64,000 nt of DNA, taken from positions 861 through 64,860 of the forward strand of contig CALCEM010000027.1 in the NCBI GenBank assembly GCA_937900285.1. The letters run 5' to 3'. The notes beneath the pieces were generated by a model that was not told where the DNA came from, made no database searches, and was given only the letters and a program-made list of their open reading frames with translations. Below are positions 1 to 9,256 of the stretch, one piece after another. Position 1 is the stretch's first letter, and each line of letters opens with the position of its first letter. The translations under genes were made by a program, and so were the position numbers. The DNA is from an uncultured Fretibacterium sp. (GTDB taxonomy: Bacteria > Synergistota > Synergistia > Synergistales > Aminobacteriaceae).

Positions 1-170
1 AAATAAAACTTCCTGAACGTTATCGTGATCACCAATTAGCAGGCGAGTTCAAAAATTACAGAGATTGTCATATTAAAGGCGATTGGGTATTAATTTACCG
101 TGTGCTCGAAGATGAAGGCGTTTTACAGCTCGTTCGCACCGGGACTCATGACGATTTGGGAATTGATTAA
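1..170 (+). CDS. yafQ: YafQ-family type II toxin (RelE/ParE-fold mRNA interferase), C-terminal part; the 5' end lies outside the window
   Basis: Frame-3 translation KLPERYRDHQLAGEFKNYRDCHIKGDWVLIYRVLEDEGVLQLVRTGTHDDLGID* matches the conserved C-terminal half of E. coli YafQ (YKDHPLQG.WKGYRDAHVEPDWILIYK...RTGTHAALF). TAA at 168-170. Confidence 0.8.
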   Translation, partial: IKLPERYRDHQLAGEFKNYRDCHIKGDWVLIYRVLEDEGVLQLVRTGTHDDLGID

Positions 171-2059
171 TTTTTAAATAGCAGCGCAACAACTTTTATT
201 ATATCCGCTCCCAAATTTGATGGGCTTTTGCGTGCCTCTTCAGGACTCGGATCAGTATCTTCACGAACTCCTAAAACTGAACAGGTACGCTCCTTTAAAT
301 CATCATTTTCCTTTAATTCCGGCATAAAACTCATAACGTTTAATAAAAAATTTTTAAGCTGTATCTTCTCTTTATCCGAAAGCCACACGCCTATAAATTC
401 CCCGTAATATTCCGGCTCGTGTTCCGTTGGAAGATTTAAAGCCCGTTGCGCCTCAAGCCTCAAATTATCATCGTCACTCAATTTAAAATAATCGTTTAAA
501 CGCTGTCTCAATGGCTCAAATAATCTCTCCTCACGAGCAAACGTCAACGCGCAAATAAATTCCAGAACAAACGAAGCAATACGATACTCAGCAGATAATT
601 TTGCACCTTGCTCCAACGGAATAAATAAAATTTTTTCATCCCATAAATATTCACGTCCAGAGATTCCCAAATCAGGATATATCTGCCAGCCTTCAACTTG
701 AGCAGAGTCCACCATAATTTTACGTTCGCGGCCTTTTATTTTTCGTTCGGAATTTAATTCAGTCTTAATCTGCAATAACTCTCCAAGCTCCCCAAATGTC
801 GAAATTAACGGGTCATCTTCTTTTTCATTTTTTGCGCGAATGTCATCAATAAATTTTTCAAAATCCGGACGATCTTCTGTTACTATCTCGTTCACAATTC
901 TTTCTTCGTAACTTTCCTCAAGTCCAGACAAAAATACGTGCCACGCATCTTTTAACGGCTGAAACGGCTCTAAATTATCAAAAAAATTTAATATCTCAAT
1001 CGTCGAAGATTTTTTATCAGGCTCAATCGTCGGATTGCTCGGAACATATGAAATTGTCATCGTATTTTTAGGCTTGCTCAAAATTATTCCGCCGGAACAT
1101 AACTCTTTATAAATCGGCGTAAATTTCTGTAATAATTCATCTGAATACGGAATTTTTTTCTCACCAGGTTCGTGCAGCTTTTCACTCGTCCTCATTAAAG
1201 TAAATGCTGTCGCTGAAGGTAATGGCAATTTTGAATTTGCGTAAGAACTCAACATTATACATAACATGCCTTCCGGAACAGTGTTCATTCTTTTACACAA
1301 CGCTAATAAATCATCGTCGGGCAACCAAATTTTTACGGCCAGCCATGTTATAAAACGTATTAAATTATCGCGCATGGCCTCCCATCGCATCAAATGCAAT
1401 AATTTAAATGCGTCCGCTATACATATCCCCAAATCTAATTTATCGACAATGGCACGCCGTTCTATTCCGCATAACCATATTAACGGGTAACAAACATGAT
1501 CAGGCACTCTGATTCTTCCGCCTGCTAACCATGTTAAATAAATTCCTCGCTGTAACGGGTCCATTTCTGCATATGAAGCGACTTCATTTTTTGGAATTTC
1601 ATCGCCCTCGCTGGGAAATGCTACGGGTAAAGTTATGTCTATGCATGATGGTTCAGGAGTTGAGCTTTCACCGTTCGACCAATATGTTACGGGAGCTTGA
1701 ACAACAAAATTATTTACTTGAATAAATCCTGTTCGTCCGCACCATCTTAATAAATTTGAAACTGCTTTTTTCTTTTCGGACTTATCACTATAACCGTAAG
1801 GCGATTCGTCTCCGGCAGGTGCAGCCGATGAATAAGTCGCTCCGGAAGCTTTGGCGGCATCAGTAACAGGTTTTGCAGTGAGCACAATTTTTTTATTTTC
1901 GTCATCATCATTATTATTTTTACCGTTATCATTTTGGGCATTGCCATTTAAATTTTGTTCGGCCGAATCACCAGAATTATTATTATTATTATTATTTTGC
2001 TGGCGTAAAAATATCCCCACTGCTACTGCAACAAATAAACCTATTACGAGATAAAGCAT
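167..2059 (-). CDS. Membrane-anchored TerB-N domain protein with an N/D-rich linker
   Basis: N-terminal TM helix (LYLVIGLFVAVAVGIFL) followed by an N7/D-rich linker. Block EPSCIDITLPVAF...YAEMDPLQRGIYLTWLAGGRIRVPDHVCYPLIWLCGIERRAIVD matches the TerB_N signature (EPSLID.LPV...Y..LsP.QRaaYL.WLa.GR....igYvFLYFYGLERR). The C-terminal half was not recognised. Confidence 0.55.
   Translation of the reverse strand: MLYLVIGLFVAVAVGIFLRQQNNNNNNNSGDSAEQNLNGNAQNDNGKNNNDDDENKKIVLTAKPVTDAAKASGATYSSAAPAGDESPYGYSDKSEKKKAVSNLLRWCGRTGFIQVNNFVVQAPVTYWSNGESSTPEPSCIDITLPVAFPSEGDEIPKNEVASYAEMDPLQRGIYLTWLAGGRIRVPDHVCYPLIWLCGIERRAIVDKLDLGICIADAFKLLHLMRWEAMRDNLIRFITWLAVKIWLPDDDLLALCKRMNTVPEGMLCIMLSSYANSKLPLPSATAFTLMRTSEKLHEPGEKKIPYSDELLQKFTPIYKELCSGGIILSKPKNTMTISYVPSNPTIEPDKKSSTIEILNFFDNLEPFQPLKDAWHVFLSGLEESYEERIVNEIVTEDRPDFEKFIDDIRAKNEKEDDPLISTFGELGELLQIKTELNSERKIKGRERKIMVDSAQVEGWQIYPDLGISGREYLWDEKILFIPLEQGAKLSAEYRIASFVLEFICALTFAREERLFEPLRQRLNDYFKLSDDDNLRLEAQRALNLPTEHEPEYYGEFIGVWLSDKEKIQLKNFLLNVMSFMPELKENDDLKERTCSVLGVREDTDPSPEEARKSPSNLGADIIKVVALLFKN
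1976..1996 (-). repeat. (AAT)7 trinucleotide microsatellite encoding Asn7
   Basis: Plus strand reads att x7. It encodes QQNNNNNNNSG in the TerB-N protein. Confidence 0.9.
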
Positions 2060-2091
2060 TTAAAAATTTTTCTCCAGTCCTAATTTAAATT

Positions 2092-2973
2092 TTATAAAAT
2101 CTCAACAGTATATTTTTTTAGCATCTTAACAGGATTATATGAAATTTTTGCCTCGCGCAATCCTGCTTCTCCTAAATCTTCTTCACGATTTGCATATTTA
2201 TATTTCGCGCAGGAATTTCTCAGAAATAAATTATTTATCGCCTGATAACTCCCAGCATATTCCGAAAAAGCTTTTTCAAATTTTATATTTATATTTTCGT
2301 CATCTAATTCTTCGGCTATAGTGTAAGCAATAATTTTATTTTCAATTTTTATTATTCCCCCTGAAAATTTAAACTCGTTCCATTTTTCGAGAGCTGTTTT
2401 TATTGCGTTATCCTCATCCAAAAGTGAAGCAACTTCATCAGAATTTAAATTTAAATCTCTATGCTCGCGCCACACCTCCTGAAAATTAATCAGCTCATCA
2501 AAATATTCAGGCGTTAAATTATAATAATCCCATTCGTAACCATCCAAAAATGTACGCACTCTGTTACGTTTATGAGCGAATTTTTTACCCTTTAAATTTA
2601 TCAGCTCATCAACTAAATAAATATATTCGTCCTGATCGGGTTCAGAAATTAATTTAAATTTGTCGTTATTCTGAAGTTTTTCCGCGTAAAATTCCGGCAT
2701 ATCGTAAATAAAATTTATATTTTCAGATTTGAAATATTTCGGATTAAAAATTTTTTCGCAATTTCCAACAGGCCCGCACATTCCCGAATATTCATCGCTA
2801 AATCTCAACCAGCATAAATTATTAATTTCGTCATAAGCTATTTTTACAGGGTATGCTTTTTGCCACAACCATAAAGCAGAAAAACTATATTCAGCGTAAT
2901 GCACAGGTGAAGAATTATAAAATTTATCGTATTTGTTTTTGTCGTCCCAACTTAAATTTTTAAATTCCAACAT
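2092..2973 (-). CDS. DUF2156 (lysyl-PG synthase C-terminal-like, GNAT-fold) protein
   Basis: 293 aa. The N-terminal pattern LEFKNLSWDDKNKYDKFY...AEYSFSALWLWQKAY...IAYDEINNLCWLRF is typical of stand-alone DUF2156 proteins. Confidence 0.55.
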   Translation of the reverse strand: MLEFKNLSWDDKNKYDKFYNSSPVHYAEYSFSALWLWQKAYPVKIAYDEINNLCWLRFSDEYSGMCGPVGNCEKIFNPKYFKSENINFIYDMPEFYAEKLQNNDKFKLISEPDQDEYIYLVDELINLKGKKFAHKRNRVRTFLDGYEWDYYNLTPEYFDELINFQEVWREHRDLNLNSDEVASLLDEDNAIKTALEKWNEFKFSGGIIKIENKIIAYTIAEELDDENINIKFEKAFSEYAGSYQAINNLFLRNSCAKYKYANREEDLGEAGLREAKISYNPVKMLKKYTVEIL

Positions 2974-3141
2974 GATTAAAAAAAATTATTTCTCCTTGAA
3001 AATTTTATTTTTATATTTTACACGTAAGCATATTATTTAAATTTTTAATTACAGGCATAACGCAAATAAAAAATAACGATCCTCAAATTAAAATTTTTAA
3101 AATGAGAACCGTCACATAATTTTAAATTAAAATCCCCGAAA

Positions 3142-3417
3142 TTATAATACTTTGTCTTTAAGCTCTTTGCCGGGACGAAATACAGGGACTTTTTTAGCTG
3201 GAATGTGTACAACTTTCGTCGGGTCTTGAGGGTTACGGCCTTCACGGGCTGCGCGCTCACGAACTTCAAAAACTCCAAATCCTACAAATGTGCACTTATC
3301 TCCTTTTGAGAGAGCATCCTCAATCGTCTTAAATACTTCATCAACAACTGGAGCAACATCTTTTTTTCTCATTTCAAGTTTAGCTGTAATACTGTCAATT
3401 AATTCTGCCTTTGTCAA
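3142..3417 (-). CDS. hup: DNA-binding protein HU
   Basis: 91 aa: MTKAELIDSI...FVGFGVFEVRERAAREGRNPQDPTKVVHIPAKKVPVFRPGKELKDKV, a canonical HU/IHF fold sequence. TTG start 10 nt after AGGAGG. Confidence 0.93.
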   Translation of the reverse strand: MTKAELIDSITAKLEMRKKDVAPVVDEVFKTIEDALSKGDKCTFVGFGVFEVRERAAREGRNPQDPTKVVHIPAKKVPVFRPGKELKDKVL

Positions 3418-3448
3418 GCAAAATACACCTCCTGTTTAAATTTTCTGC

Positions 3449-3476
3449 ATTTTATCAGCTTTTATTAATAACGCAA
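3449..3476 (-). promoter_or_regulatory. Sigma70-type promoter for hup (TTGCGT-16-TAAAAT)
   Basis: Minus strand reads TTGCGT (3476-3471), a 16-nt spacer, then TAAAAT (3454-3449), about 30 nt upstream of the hup RBS. Confidence 0.45.
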
Positions 3477-3503
3477 TATTTTACGGGGTTTATAAATTTT
3501 CAT

Positions 3504-3532
3504 TTGACAATATTTTATTTGTGTTCTAAAAT
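3504..3532 (+). promoter_or_regulatory. Near-consensus sigma70 promoter for tRNA-Asn (TTGACA-17-TAAAAT)
   Basis: TTGACA at 3504-3509, 17-nt spacer, TAAAAT at 3527-3532, about 38 nt upstream of the tRNA. Confidence 0.6.
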
Positions 3533-3570
3533 TTCCCCTGTTGTTGCGAGACAATAATTTAATTTAAAGT

Positions 3571-3646
3571 TCCATGATAGCTCAATCGGCAGAGCGGGTG
3601 ACTGTTAATCACTAGGTTCCAGGTTCGAGTCCTGGTCGTGGAGCCA
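3571..3646 (+). tRNA. tRNA-Asn (anticodon GTT)
   Basis: 76 nt. Acceptor stem TCCATGA/TCGTGGA (one G-U pair), anticodon loop CTGTTAA, T-arm GGTTCGAGTCC, encoded CCA end. Confidence 0.9.
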
Positions 3647-3717
3647 TTTTTTTTATTTATGTGCTTCTCGTGAAAATTTTTCATTTATGCATGTCGAGAA
3701 AAATATTAAAATATTTC

Positions 3718-5073
3718 ATGAACAAAAATAAAAATATTAAAAATATTCCAGGCGTAATAATTTCAGCTCCGTCCAGCCATTCCGGAAAAACTGTAATAAC
3801 TTGCGCGTTGATCTCAAAATTTATTCAGATGGGTTTAAAAATTTCTGCTTACAAAATCGGCCCGGATTATATCGATCCTGGATTTTTAAAATTTGCGAGC
3901 AATTCAGACGTTTATAATTTAGACAGCTGGCTAATGAACAAAAATAATTTATGTGAACTGTTTTATAACACGTCCCAAAATTCTGATCTCGCAATTATTG
4001 AAGGTGTTATGGGATTATTTGACGGCGGAGAAAATTCTACGGCAGAGATCGCAAAATTATTAAATATTCCCGTAATTCTCGTAATTGATTCAAAATCAGC
4101 AGGTGAAAGCGTTGCGGCGTTGGCTTTTGGGTTTAAAAATTATGATCCTTGTTTGAATTTCGCAGGAGTAATTTTAAATAATATCGGCTCGGAAAATCAC
4201 GAAAAAATTATTTTTAACGCACTCAATAAAATTAATATTAATATTAAAATTCTCGGAACAGTTTACCGCGATAAAAATTTAATTCTGCCGGAACGCCATA
4301 TGGGTTTAACTCAAGCTCAGGAAATTAATTTAAATAATTTAAATCTCAACCTGCAAAATATAAAAAATATAAATTACGATGAAATATTAAAAATTTCGCA
4401 TGAGACCAAACAAATTAAATTTACACGCTCGAAAATTATTACGCATCATAAAAATATTAAAATCGCTGTTGCTTTAGATGAAGCATTCTCATTTTATTAC
4501 GCTGAAAGTTTAAGCACACTCGAAAAATTCGGAGCAGAATTAATTTATTTTAGTCCGTTGCGTGATAAAAATTTACCGGCCGGAATTAACGCTATTATTT
4601 TAGGCGGAGGCTACCCGGAATTACACGCAAAATATTTATTTGAAAATTTCTCAATGCGAAAAAATATTTTTAATTGCGGGCTTCCAATTTATGCAGAGTG
4701 CGGAGGATTTATGTATTTATGCGAAAGTTTAACGGATTTTGATAATAATAAATTTGAAATGGCCGGATTAATAAATTTTGATTGCGTCATGAATAAACGC
4801 CCTGTTATTGGTTATGTCGAGTGCGAAGCCCTGAATAATAATTTAATTTGTAACGCCGGCAAAAAAATACGCGGACATGAATTTCATTTTTCTTCGATGT
4901 CCACGCATGTAAATATAAATAAGGACAGATATACCGCATTTAAGATTTTACGCCGTAACAGCGAAATTTCATATTATGGAGGCTACTCAAATAATAATAT
5001 TTTGGCTTCATATGTTCATATAAATTTTTTCGGAAATTATGATTTAGCTGAAACTTTCATAAATCGTTTATAA
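3718..5073 (+). CDS. cbiA: Cobyrinate a,c-diamide synthase (CbiA/CobB family)
   Basis: P-loop APSSHSGKT, YKIGPDYIDPGF, and a C-terminal GATase part with YAECGGFMYL and GHEFHFS. The ATG at 3718 is preferred over the ORF-track GTG at 3661, which lies 15 nt downstream of the tRNA end. Confidence 0.85.
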   Translation: MNKNKNIKNIPGVIISAPSSHSGKTVITCALISKFIQMGLKISAYKIGPDYIDPGFLKFASNSDVYNLDSWLMNKNNLCELFYNTSQNSDLAIIEGVMGLFDGGENSTAEIAKLLNIPVILVIDSKSAGESVAALAFGFKNYDPCLNFAGVILNNIGSENHEKIIFNALNKININIKILGTVYRDKNLILPERHMGLTQAQEINLNNLNLNLQNIKNINYDEILKISHETKQIKFTRSKIITHHKNIKIAVALDEAFSFYYAESLSTLEKFGAELIYFSPLRDKNLPAGINAIILGGGYPELHAKYLFENFSMRKNIFNCGLPIYAECGGFMYLCESLTDFDNNKFEMAGLINFDCVMNKRPVIGYVECEALNNNLICNAGKKIRGHEFHFSSMSTHVNINKDRYTAFKILRRNSEISYYGGYSNNNILASYVHINFFGNYDLAETFINRL

Positions 5074-6125
5074 ATTTCAATCGTTTTATTTGCTGAAATT
5101 TCCGGCGCAAAATTATTTTTTACAACTTCGAGAGCGTTATTAATTAAATTTTCACGTTCAGAATTATTCATGTTTAAAATTTTTTCGATGTTTTCCGCAA
5201 AATTATTCACGTCATCAACTTTTGAAATTAGGCCGTTATATTCATGTTTTATAAATTCCGTAAATGGCCCGATGTCCGAAACTATTACGGGTAAACCTGA
5301 TGAAAGAGCTTCAAGTAATGCAATGCTGAAACCTTCTGAACGAGACGGCATCACAAAAACATCACTTGCCCATAAATACGGCTTTACATCTTTCACAAAT
5401 TCATCAGGCAAAATTATTTTTATTCCTAAATCTTCAGCGAGTTTTAAATATTCTTCCCGTTTACCTTTTTCACCGTCGCCGCCGATCAAAGCGAGTTTAA
5501 TATTTTTATGAGATTTGTAAACTTGTGCGAAAGCTTTTATTAAAACGTCGAAGCCTTTACGATAAATATATATTCCCATTCCGGAAATTAATATTTCGTC
5601 GTCGCTAACATTTAATTTTTTCCGCAAATTTTTACGGGTTAAATCATCGCGCTTAAATTTATTTGCATCGACCGGATTATAAACGACCGAAATTTTTTCA
5701 GGGTTAATATTTTGATTCTGCACCATGTAATTTTTAACCCATTCGGAGCAGGCTATACAGTGAACGGAATTTTTATAATATTTTGCTTTGGCCGGCTTAT
5801 CGAAAGTTGAAATAACCGGGACATTTAAATTTTTGCTCCAAAATCCCGCGATCATTGCTGCCGAAGATAATCGAGTGTGAATAATGTCGGGCTTAAAATT
5901 TTTTACAACGCTTTTGAATCCCGGTGAAAATATTGGCACACTTGCAATTAACGGCTTGAAGGTTAAAGTTTTTATTTTGAAGTCTTCAGCAGTCCGTTCA
6001 ACATAACCGCCTGGACGACATAACAAAGCAGATTCAACGCCAAAATTTTCGAGTAATTTTATATGTTCGAGATAAGGCACGAGCCACGATAAAGTATTAC
6101 AGTCTATATAATGAAGTACACGCAT
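5037..6125 (-). CDS. Glycosyltransferase, GT4 (GT-B fold) family
   Basis: 362 aa. C-terminal motif VFVMPSRSEGFSIALLEALSSGLPVIVSDIGPFTEFI is the E-x7-E region of GT4 enzymes. Confidence 0.85.
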   Translation of the reverse strand: MRVLHYIDCNTLSWLVPYLEHIKLLENFGVESALLCRPGGYVERTAEDFKIKTLTFKPLIASVPIFSPGFKSVVKNFKPDIIHTRLSSAAMIAGFWSKNLNVPVISTFDKPAKAKYYKNSVHCIACSEWVKNYMVQNQNINPEKISVVYNPVDANKFKRDDLTRKNLRKKLNVSDDEILISGMGIYIYRKGFDVLIKAFAQVYKSHKNIKLALIGGDGEKGKREEYLKLAEDLGIKIILPDEFVKDVKPYLWASDVFVMPSRSEGFSIALLEALSSGLPVIVSDIGPFTEFIKHEYNGLISKVDDVNNFAENIEKILNMNNSERENLINNALEVVKNNFAPEISANKTIEIYKRFMKVSAKS

Positions 6126-6145
6126 TTTAAATTTTGATTATTATA

Positions 6146-6484
6146 TTAAATATTTACGCCGGAATTTTTAAATTTTTTAATTACATCGTTCATCGACATA
6201 AATCCAATTTCGCGGGCGATTTCTTTGCCGTCAGAATTTTTAAAAATCAAAACCGGAACATAACGAATATTATATTTTTTCACTAAATCCTGATTATCTT
6301 CCAGATATAAATGCGAAGTCTTCAAGCTCTGATAATTTTTGTTAAGCTCTTTAAATACTTTTAACATTTGAGCGCAGGCCGGACAATCTTTTGTTGAGAG
6401 CATCATTAATTCCGGTTTGGAATCTGCGAAACAAACGCCGGCAGAAATTAATAAAAACGAGCAGATTAAAAATATTTTACGCAT
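6146..6484 (-). CDS. Exported thioredoxin-fold protein (CxxC)
   Basis: Signal peptide MRKIFLICSFLLISAGVCFA and active site DCPACAQM, followed by VPVLIF. The start at 6484 (AAGGAG upstream) is preferred over the ORF-track start at 6535. Confidence 0.75.
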   Translation of the reverse strand: MRKIFLICSFLLISAGVCFADSKPELMMLSTKDCPACAQMLKVFKELNKNYQSLKTSHLYLEDNQDLVKKYNIRYVPVLIFKNSDGKEIAREIGFMSMNDVIKKFKNSGVNI

Positions 6485-6613
6485 GATTTTATTACGCTCC
6501 TTTATAAATTTATAAATTCCTGAAAATTGTAACATTACAAAATGAATTTTATCAGAATGAATTAAATTTTATAATTTGTTTAAATACGGCGTGCAACAGG
6601 AGGTTTTTATTTT

Positions 6614-7156
6614 ATGATCTGGAGATTATATTATCAATTTTTAAAATTCGGTTGCTTCACATTCGGCGGAGGCTGGAGCATTGTCGCTCAAATGAAAGAA
6701 ATTTACGTCGACAAACAAAAAATTATTACTGACGAGGAGTTATTGGACATTACGAGCATCGGCAGAAGTTTACCCGGAACAATGATCGGAAATATTGCGA
6801 TGATGTTCGGTTACAGAATGGCCGGAATTTTAGGCGGATTGGCTTGCGTGTTCGGAATGATTACAGCTCCGTTTATAGTATTGATTTTGATCACAAGTTT
6901 TTACGCTGCATTCCAAAATAATTTAATTGTAGCTTCGGCCATGAAAGGTTTGCGCTGTGCAGTTGCTCCGATAATTATAGCGGCATTGTTCGGAATGATA
7001 AAAGGTGCATTTAAATTGCCTGCGTGCTATTTGGTGGCGTTAATCTCATTTGGATTATTTTTTTATGTTAGCTGTGTGTGGCTTGTAGTAATTGGAGCGG
7101 TTTGCGGTTTTATAATTTGCGAATATTACGAGAAAACAAATAAAATTAATGCTTAA
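6614..7156 (+). CDS. Chromate transporter (CHR family), short-chain half 1
   Basis: 180 aa. FLKFGCFTFGGGWSIVAQM matches the CHR motif (F..fG..sFGGg...i). Confidence 0.8.
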   Translation: MIWRLYYQFLKFGCFTFGGGWSIVAQMKEIYVDKQKIITDEELLDITSIGRSLPGTMIGNIAMMFGYRMAGILGGLACVFGMITAPFIVLILITSFYAAFQNNLIVASAMKGLRCAVAPIIIAALFGMIKGAFKLPACYLVALISFGLFFYVSCVWLVVIGAVCGFIICEYYEKTNKINA

Positions 7157-7211
7157 CGTTACGAACGTTCCGCCCAGAAACTATTAACTATTAGGGGATG
7201 AAATTTAAAAA

Positions 7212-7739
7212 ATGTTATATATAAAATTATTTTGGAGTTTTGTAAAAATTGGCTTTACGAGTTTTGGGGGGCTTTCAATGATCCCGTTAATTTCCAGCGA
7301 AATGATTTCACATAATTGGATGACAGCTCATGAAGTTTCCGACATAGTAGCAATTGCAGAAATGACACCCGGCCCGCTTGGATTAAATTGCGCTACGTTC
7401 GCAGGAATGAAAGCAGGGGGATTGCTCGGAGCATTTTTCGCGAACATGGGAGCATTATCGCCGACATTTATTTTAAGCACATTGGCAGCGATGTTTTTCG
7501 CGCATTTCAAGGACAGCAAATATTTAAATAAAATTATGATCGGAGTACGTCCTGCATGTATTGGAATGGTGGGCGGAGTTTTATTGCAATTATCCGGCGC
7601 AAATTTTACGGATATTGTTACGGGAATTTTGGGGATTGCGGATTTAATTTTGTTAATTAAGTTTAAATTTTCAATTCCGAAAGTATTATTATTAAACGCA
7701 ATAGCAGGAATAATTTTATTTAGAGTATTTGAATTTTGA
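7212..7739 (+). CDS. Chromate transporter (CHR family), short-chain half 2
   Basis: 175 aa. FVKIGFTSFGGLSMIPLI...MTPGPLGLN. Paired with the preceding half, as in other two-gene short-chain CHR systems. Confidence 0.8.
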   Translation: MLYIKLFWSFVKIGFTSFGGLSMIPLISSEMISHNWMTAHEVSDIVAIAEMTPGPLGLNCATFAGMKAGGLLGAFFANMGALSPTFILSTLAAMFFAHFKDSKYLNKIMIGVRPACIGMVGGVLLQLSGANFTDIVTGILGIADLILLIKFKFSIPKVLLLNAIAGIILFRVFEF

Positions 7740-7748
7740 TGAAGATCA

Positions 7749-7790
7749 AAAAAAATCCCGGAGATAAATAATTAAATCCGGGAAAATAAT
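7749..7790 (-). terminator. Rho-independent terminator after rbr, in the convergent gap with chrA
   Basis: Stem TCCCGGA (7756-7762) / TCCGGGA (7777-7783). A U8 run follows on the minus strand. Confidence 0.6.
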
Positions 7791-7822
7791 TTTAATTTTA
7801 ACTTTAATCTTAATTCAAAATA

Positions 7823-8329
7823 TTAACGCGCTGGATTCTTTAAAAATTTTGCACCCGGCACGTTACAGATCGGACATTTATCAGGAGCACTGCCCTCGTG
7901 AACATATCCGCATACAGGACACACATACCAGTCTGTATCCTTGCCTTTGAGTGAGTCGAGATTCTCAAGAGTTTTTTTGTATAATGCTCCGTGTGCTTTT
8001 TCGGCTTCGTTCGCTAAATTAAAACTCGTTTTAGCCTTTGCATTTCCTTCGGTTTCGGCATCCTTTATAAATTCCGGGTACATCGTTGTAAATTCGTAAG
8101 TTTCACCGTCAAGAGCTGCTTTTAAATTTTCTGCTGTAGAATTAATTCCGCCCATAGTTTTAAAATGTGATGTGGCGTGTAAAGTTTCAGCCGAAGCAAT
8201 AGCCCTGAACATTTTTGCGACTCCTGGAAAGCCATCTTTTTCAGCTTGATCGGCAAATGCTAAATATTTCCTGTTAGCTTGTGATTCTCCTGCGAAAGCG
8301 TTGGCCAAATCCTGCATTACTTTGCTCAT
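7823..8329 (-). CDS. rbr: Rubrerythrin
   Basis: 168 aa. Ferritin-like di-iron domain (GESQANRKYLAFA...EAEKAH) plus a C-terminal rubredoxin motif CPVCGYV...CPICNVP. Confidence 0.92.
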   Translation of the reverse strand: MSKVMQDLANAFAGESQANRKYLAFADQAEKDGFPGVAKMFRAIASAETLHATSHFKTMGGINSTAENLKAALDGETYEFTTMYPEFIKDAETEGNAKAKTSFNLANEAEKAHGALYKKTLENLDSLKGKDTDWYVCPVCGYVHEGSAPDKCPICNVPGAKFLKNPAR

Positions 8330-8455
8330 AATTTTTCCCCCCGTAAAAATTTAATCTGGATATTATACCAGCCTTTGCGAATATCTTTTAAAAAATTAAA
8401 TTTCTGATATTATTTTGAAAATTCTAAATCTAAACAGGAGGGAATTAATTTAATT

Positions 8456-9202
8456 ATGTACGAAATAGTTTTAATACGTCACGGCGAAAGCGCATGGAAC
8501 AAAGAAAACAGATTTACCGGCTGGACTGATGTTCCTCTCTCAGAAAAAGGAATCAACGAAGCAAGAGAAGCAGGAAAATTATTAAAATCCGAAAATTTTA
8601 AATTTGATTACGCTTTTACTTCCGTTTTGAAACGCGCTATTAAAACTTTATGGCTCGTCCTCGAAGAAATGGATTTAATGTGGATTCCCGTTGAGCATTC
8701 ATGGAAATTAAACGAGCGTCATTACGGAGCATTGCAGGGATTAAATAAAGCGGATACAGCCGCAAAATATGGAGACGATCAAGTAAAAATTTGGAGACGC
8801 AGTTATGATATTCAACCGCCGAAGCTCGAAATTTCAGATGAAAGATTTCCCGGAAATGATCCAAAATATTCAGGCTTGAATAAATATGAACTGCCTTTTA
8901 CTGAATGTTTAGCCGATACAGTTTCGAGGGTTGTGCCGTTCTGGATTGACAAAATTGTCCCGGTTGTTAAGTCCGGCAAAAAAATTATTATCGCAGCTCA
9001 CGGAAATAGTTTGAGAGCACTCGTTAAATATCTTGATAACGTTTCGGAAAAAGAAATTACAGAATTAAATATCCCGACTGGTGTGCCGCTGGTTTATGAG
9101 CTTGATGAAAATTTAAAACCGATTTCGCACAAATATCTCGGAGATGCTGAAGCGATCGCTAAAGCTCAGGCAGCCGTCGCCAATCAGGGTAAAGCGAAAT
9201 AA
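8456..9202 (+). CDS. gpmA: 2,3-bisphosphoglycerate-dependent phosphoglycerate mutase
   Basis: [24 protein letters not shown] with the catalytic RHGE motif, plus ERHYGALQG and [10 protein letters not shown]. Confidence 0.95.
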   Translation: MYEIVLIRHGESAWNKENRFTGWTDVPLSEKGINEAREAGKLLKSENFKFDYAFTSVLKRAIKTLWLVLEEMDLMWIPVEHSWKLNERHYGALQGLNKADTAAKYGDDQVKIWRRSYDIQPPKLEISDERFPGNDPKYSGLNKYELPFTECLADTVSRVVPFWIDKIVPVVKSGKKIIIAAHGNSLRALVKYLDNVSEKEITELNIPTGVPLVYELDENLKPISHKYLGDAEAIAKAQAAVANQGKAK

Positions 9203-9256
9203 TTTAATTTAATATTTAATATAATATTTATGTTGTTGGAGGAATAATTTTTTATT

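Noticed and set aside
1266-2054. ORFs of 60-110 aa antisense to long recognised genes. Examples: 1266-1490, 1531-1725, 1851-2054, 5170-5511, 14779-15084, 24192-24455, 31409-31750, 40374-40846, 43196-43615 and 56028-57256.
   Set aside because: All lie entirely inside well-supported genes on the opposite strand or in another frame. They have no RBS and their composition is low-complexity or Leu/Ser/Phe-rich, as expected for shadow frames in AT-rich DNA.
167-2973. Shango-type defence system inferred from the TerB-N protein.
   Set aside because: The required ATPase and helicase partners are absent. The neighbours are a DUF2156 gene and a convergent yafQ, so only an orphan TerB-N protein can be claimed.
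3045-3278. 77-aa ORF overlapping the 3' half of hup.
   Set aside because: It overlaps the canonical HU gene in another frame and has no recognisable features.
5037-5073. Convergent 3' overlaps: cbiA with the GT4 gene (37 nt) and the epimerase with a glycosyltransferase (52289-52305, 17 nt).
   Set aside because: Short convergent overlaps are common in compact genomes, and no additional structure or signal was seen in the overlaps.
6614-7739. chrA split into two ~180-aa genes, considered as a pseudogene or frameshift.
   Set aside because: Each half has its own RBS and start and the CHR motif. Two-gene short-chain CHR transporters are a known natural arrangement.
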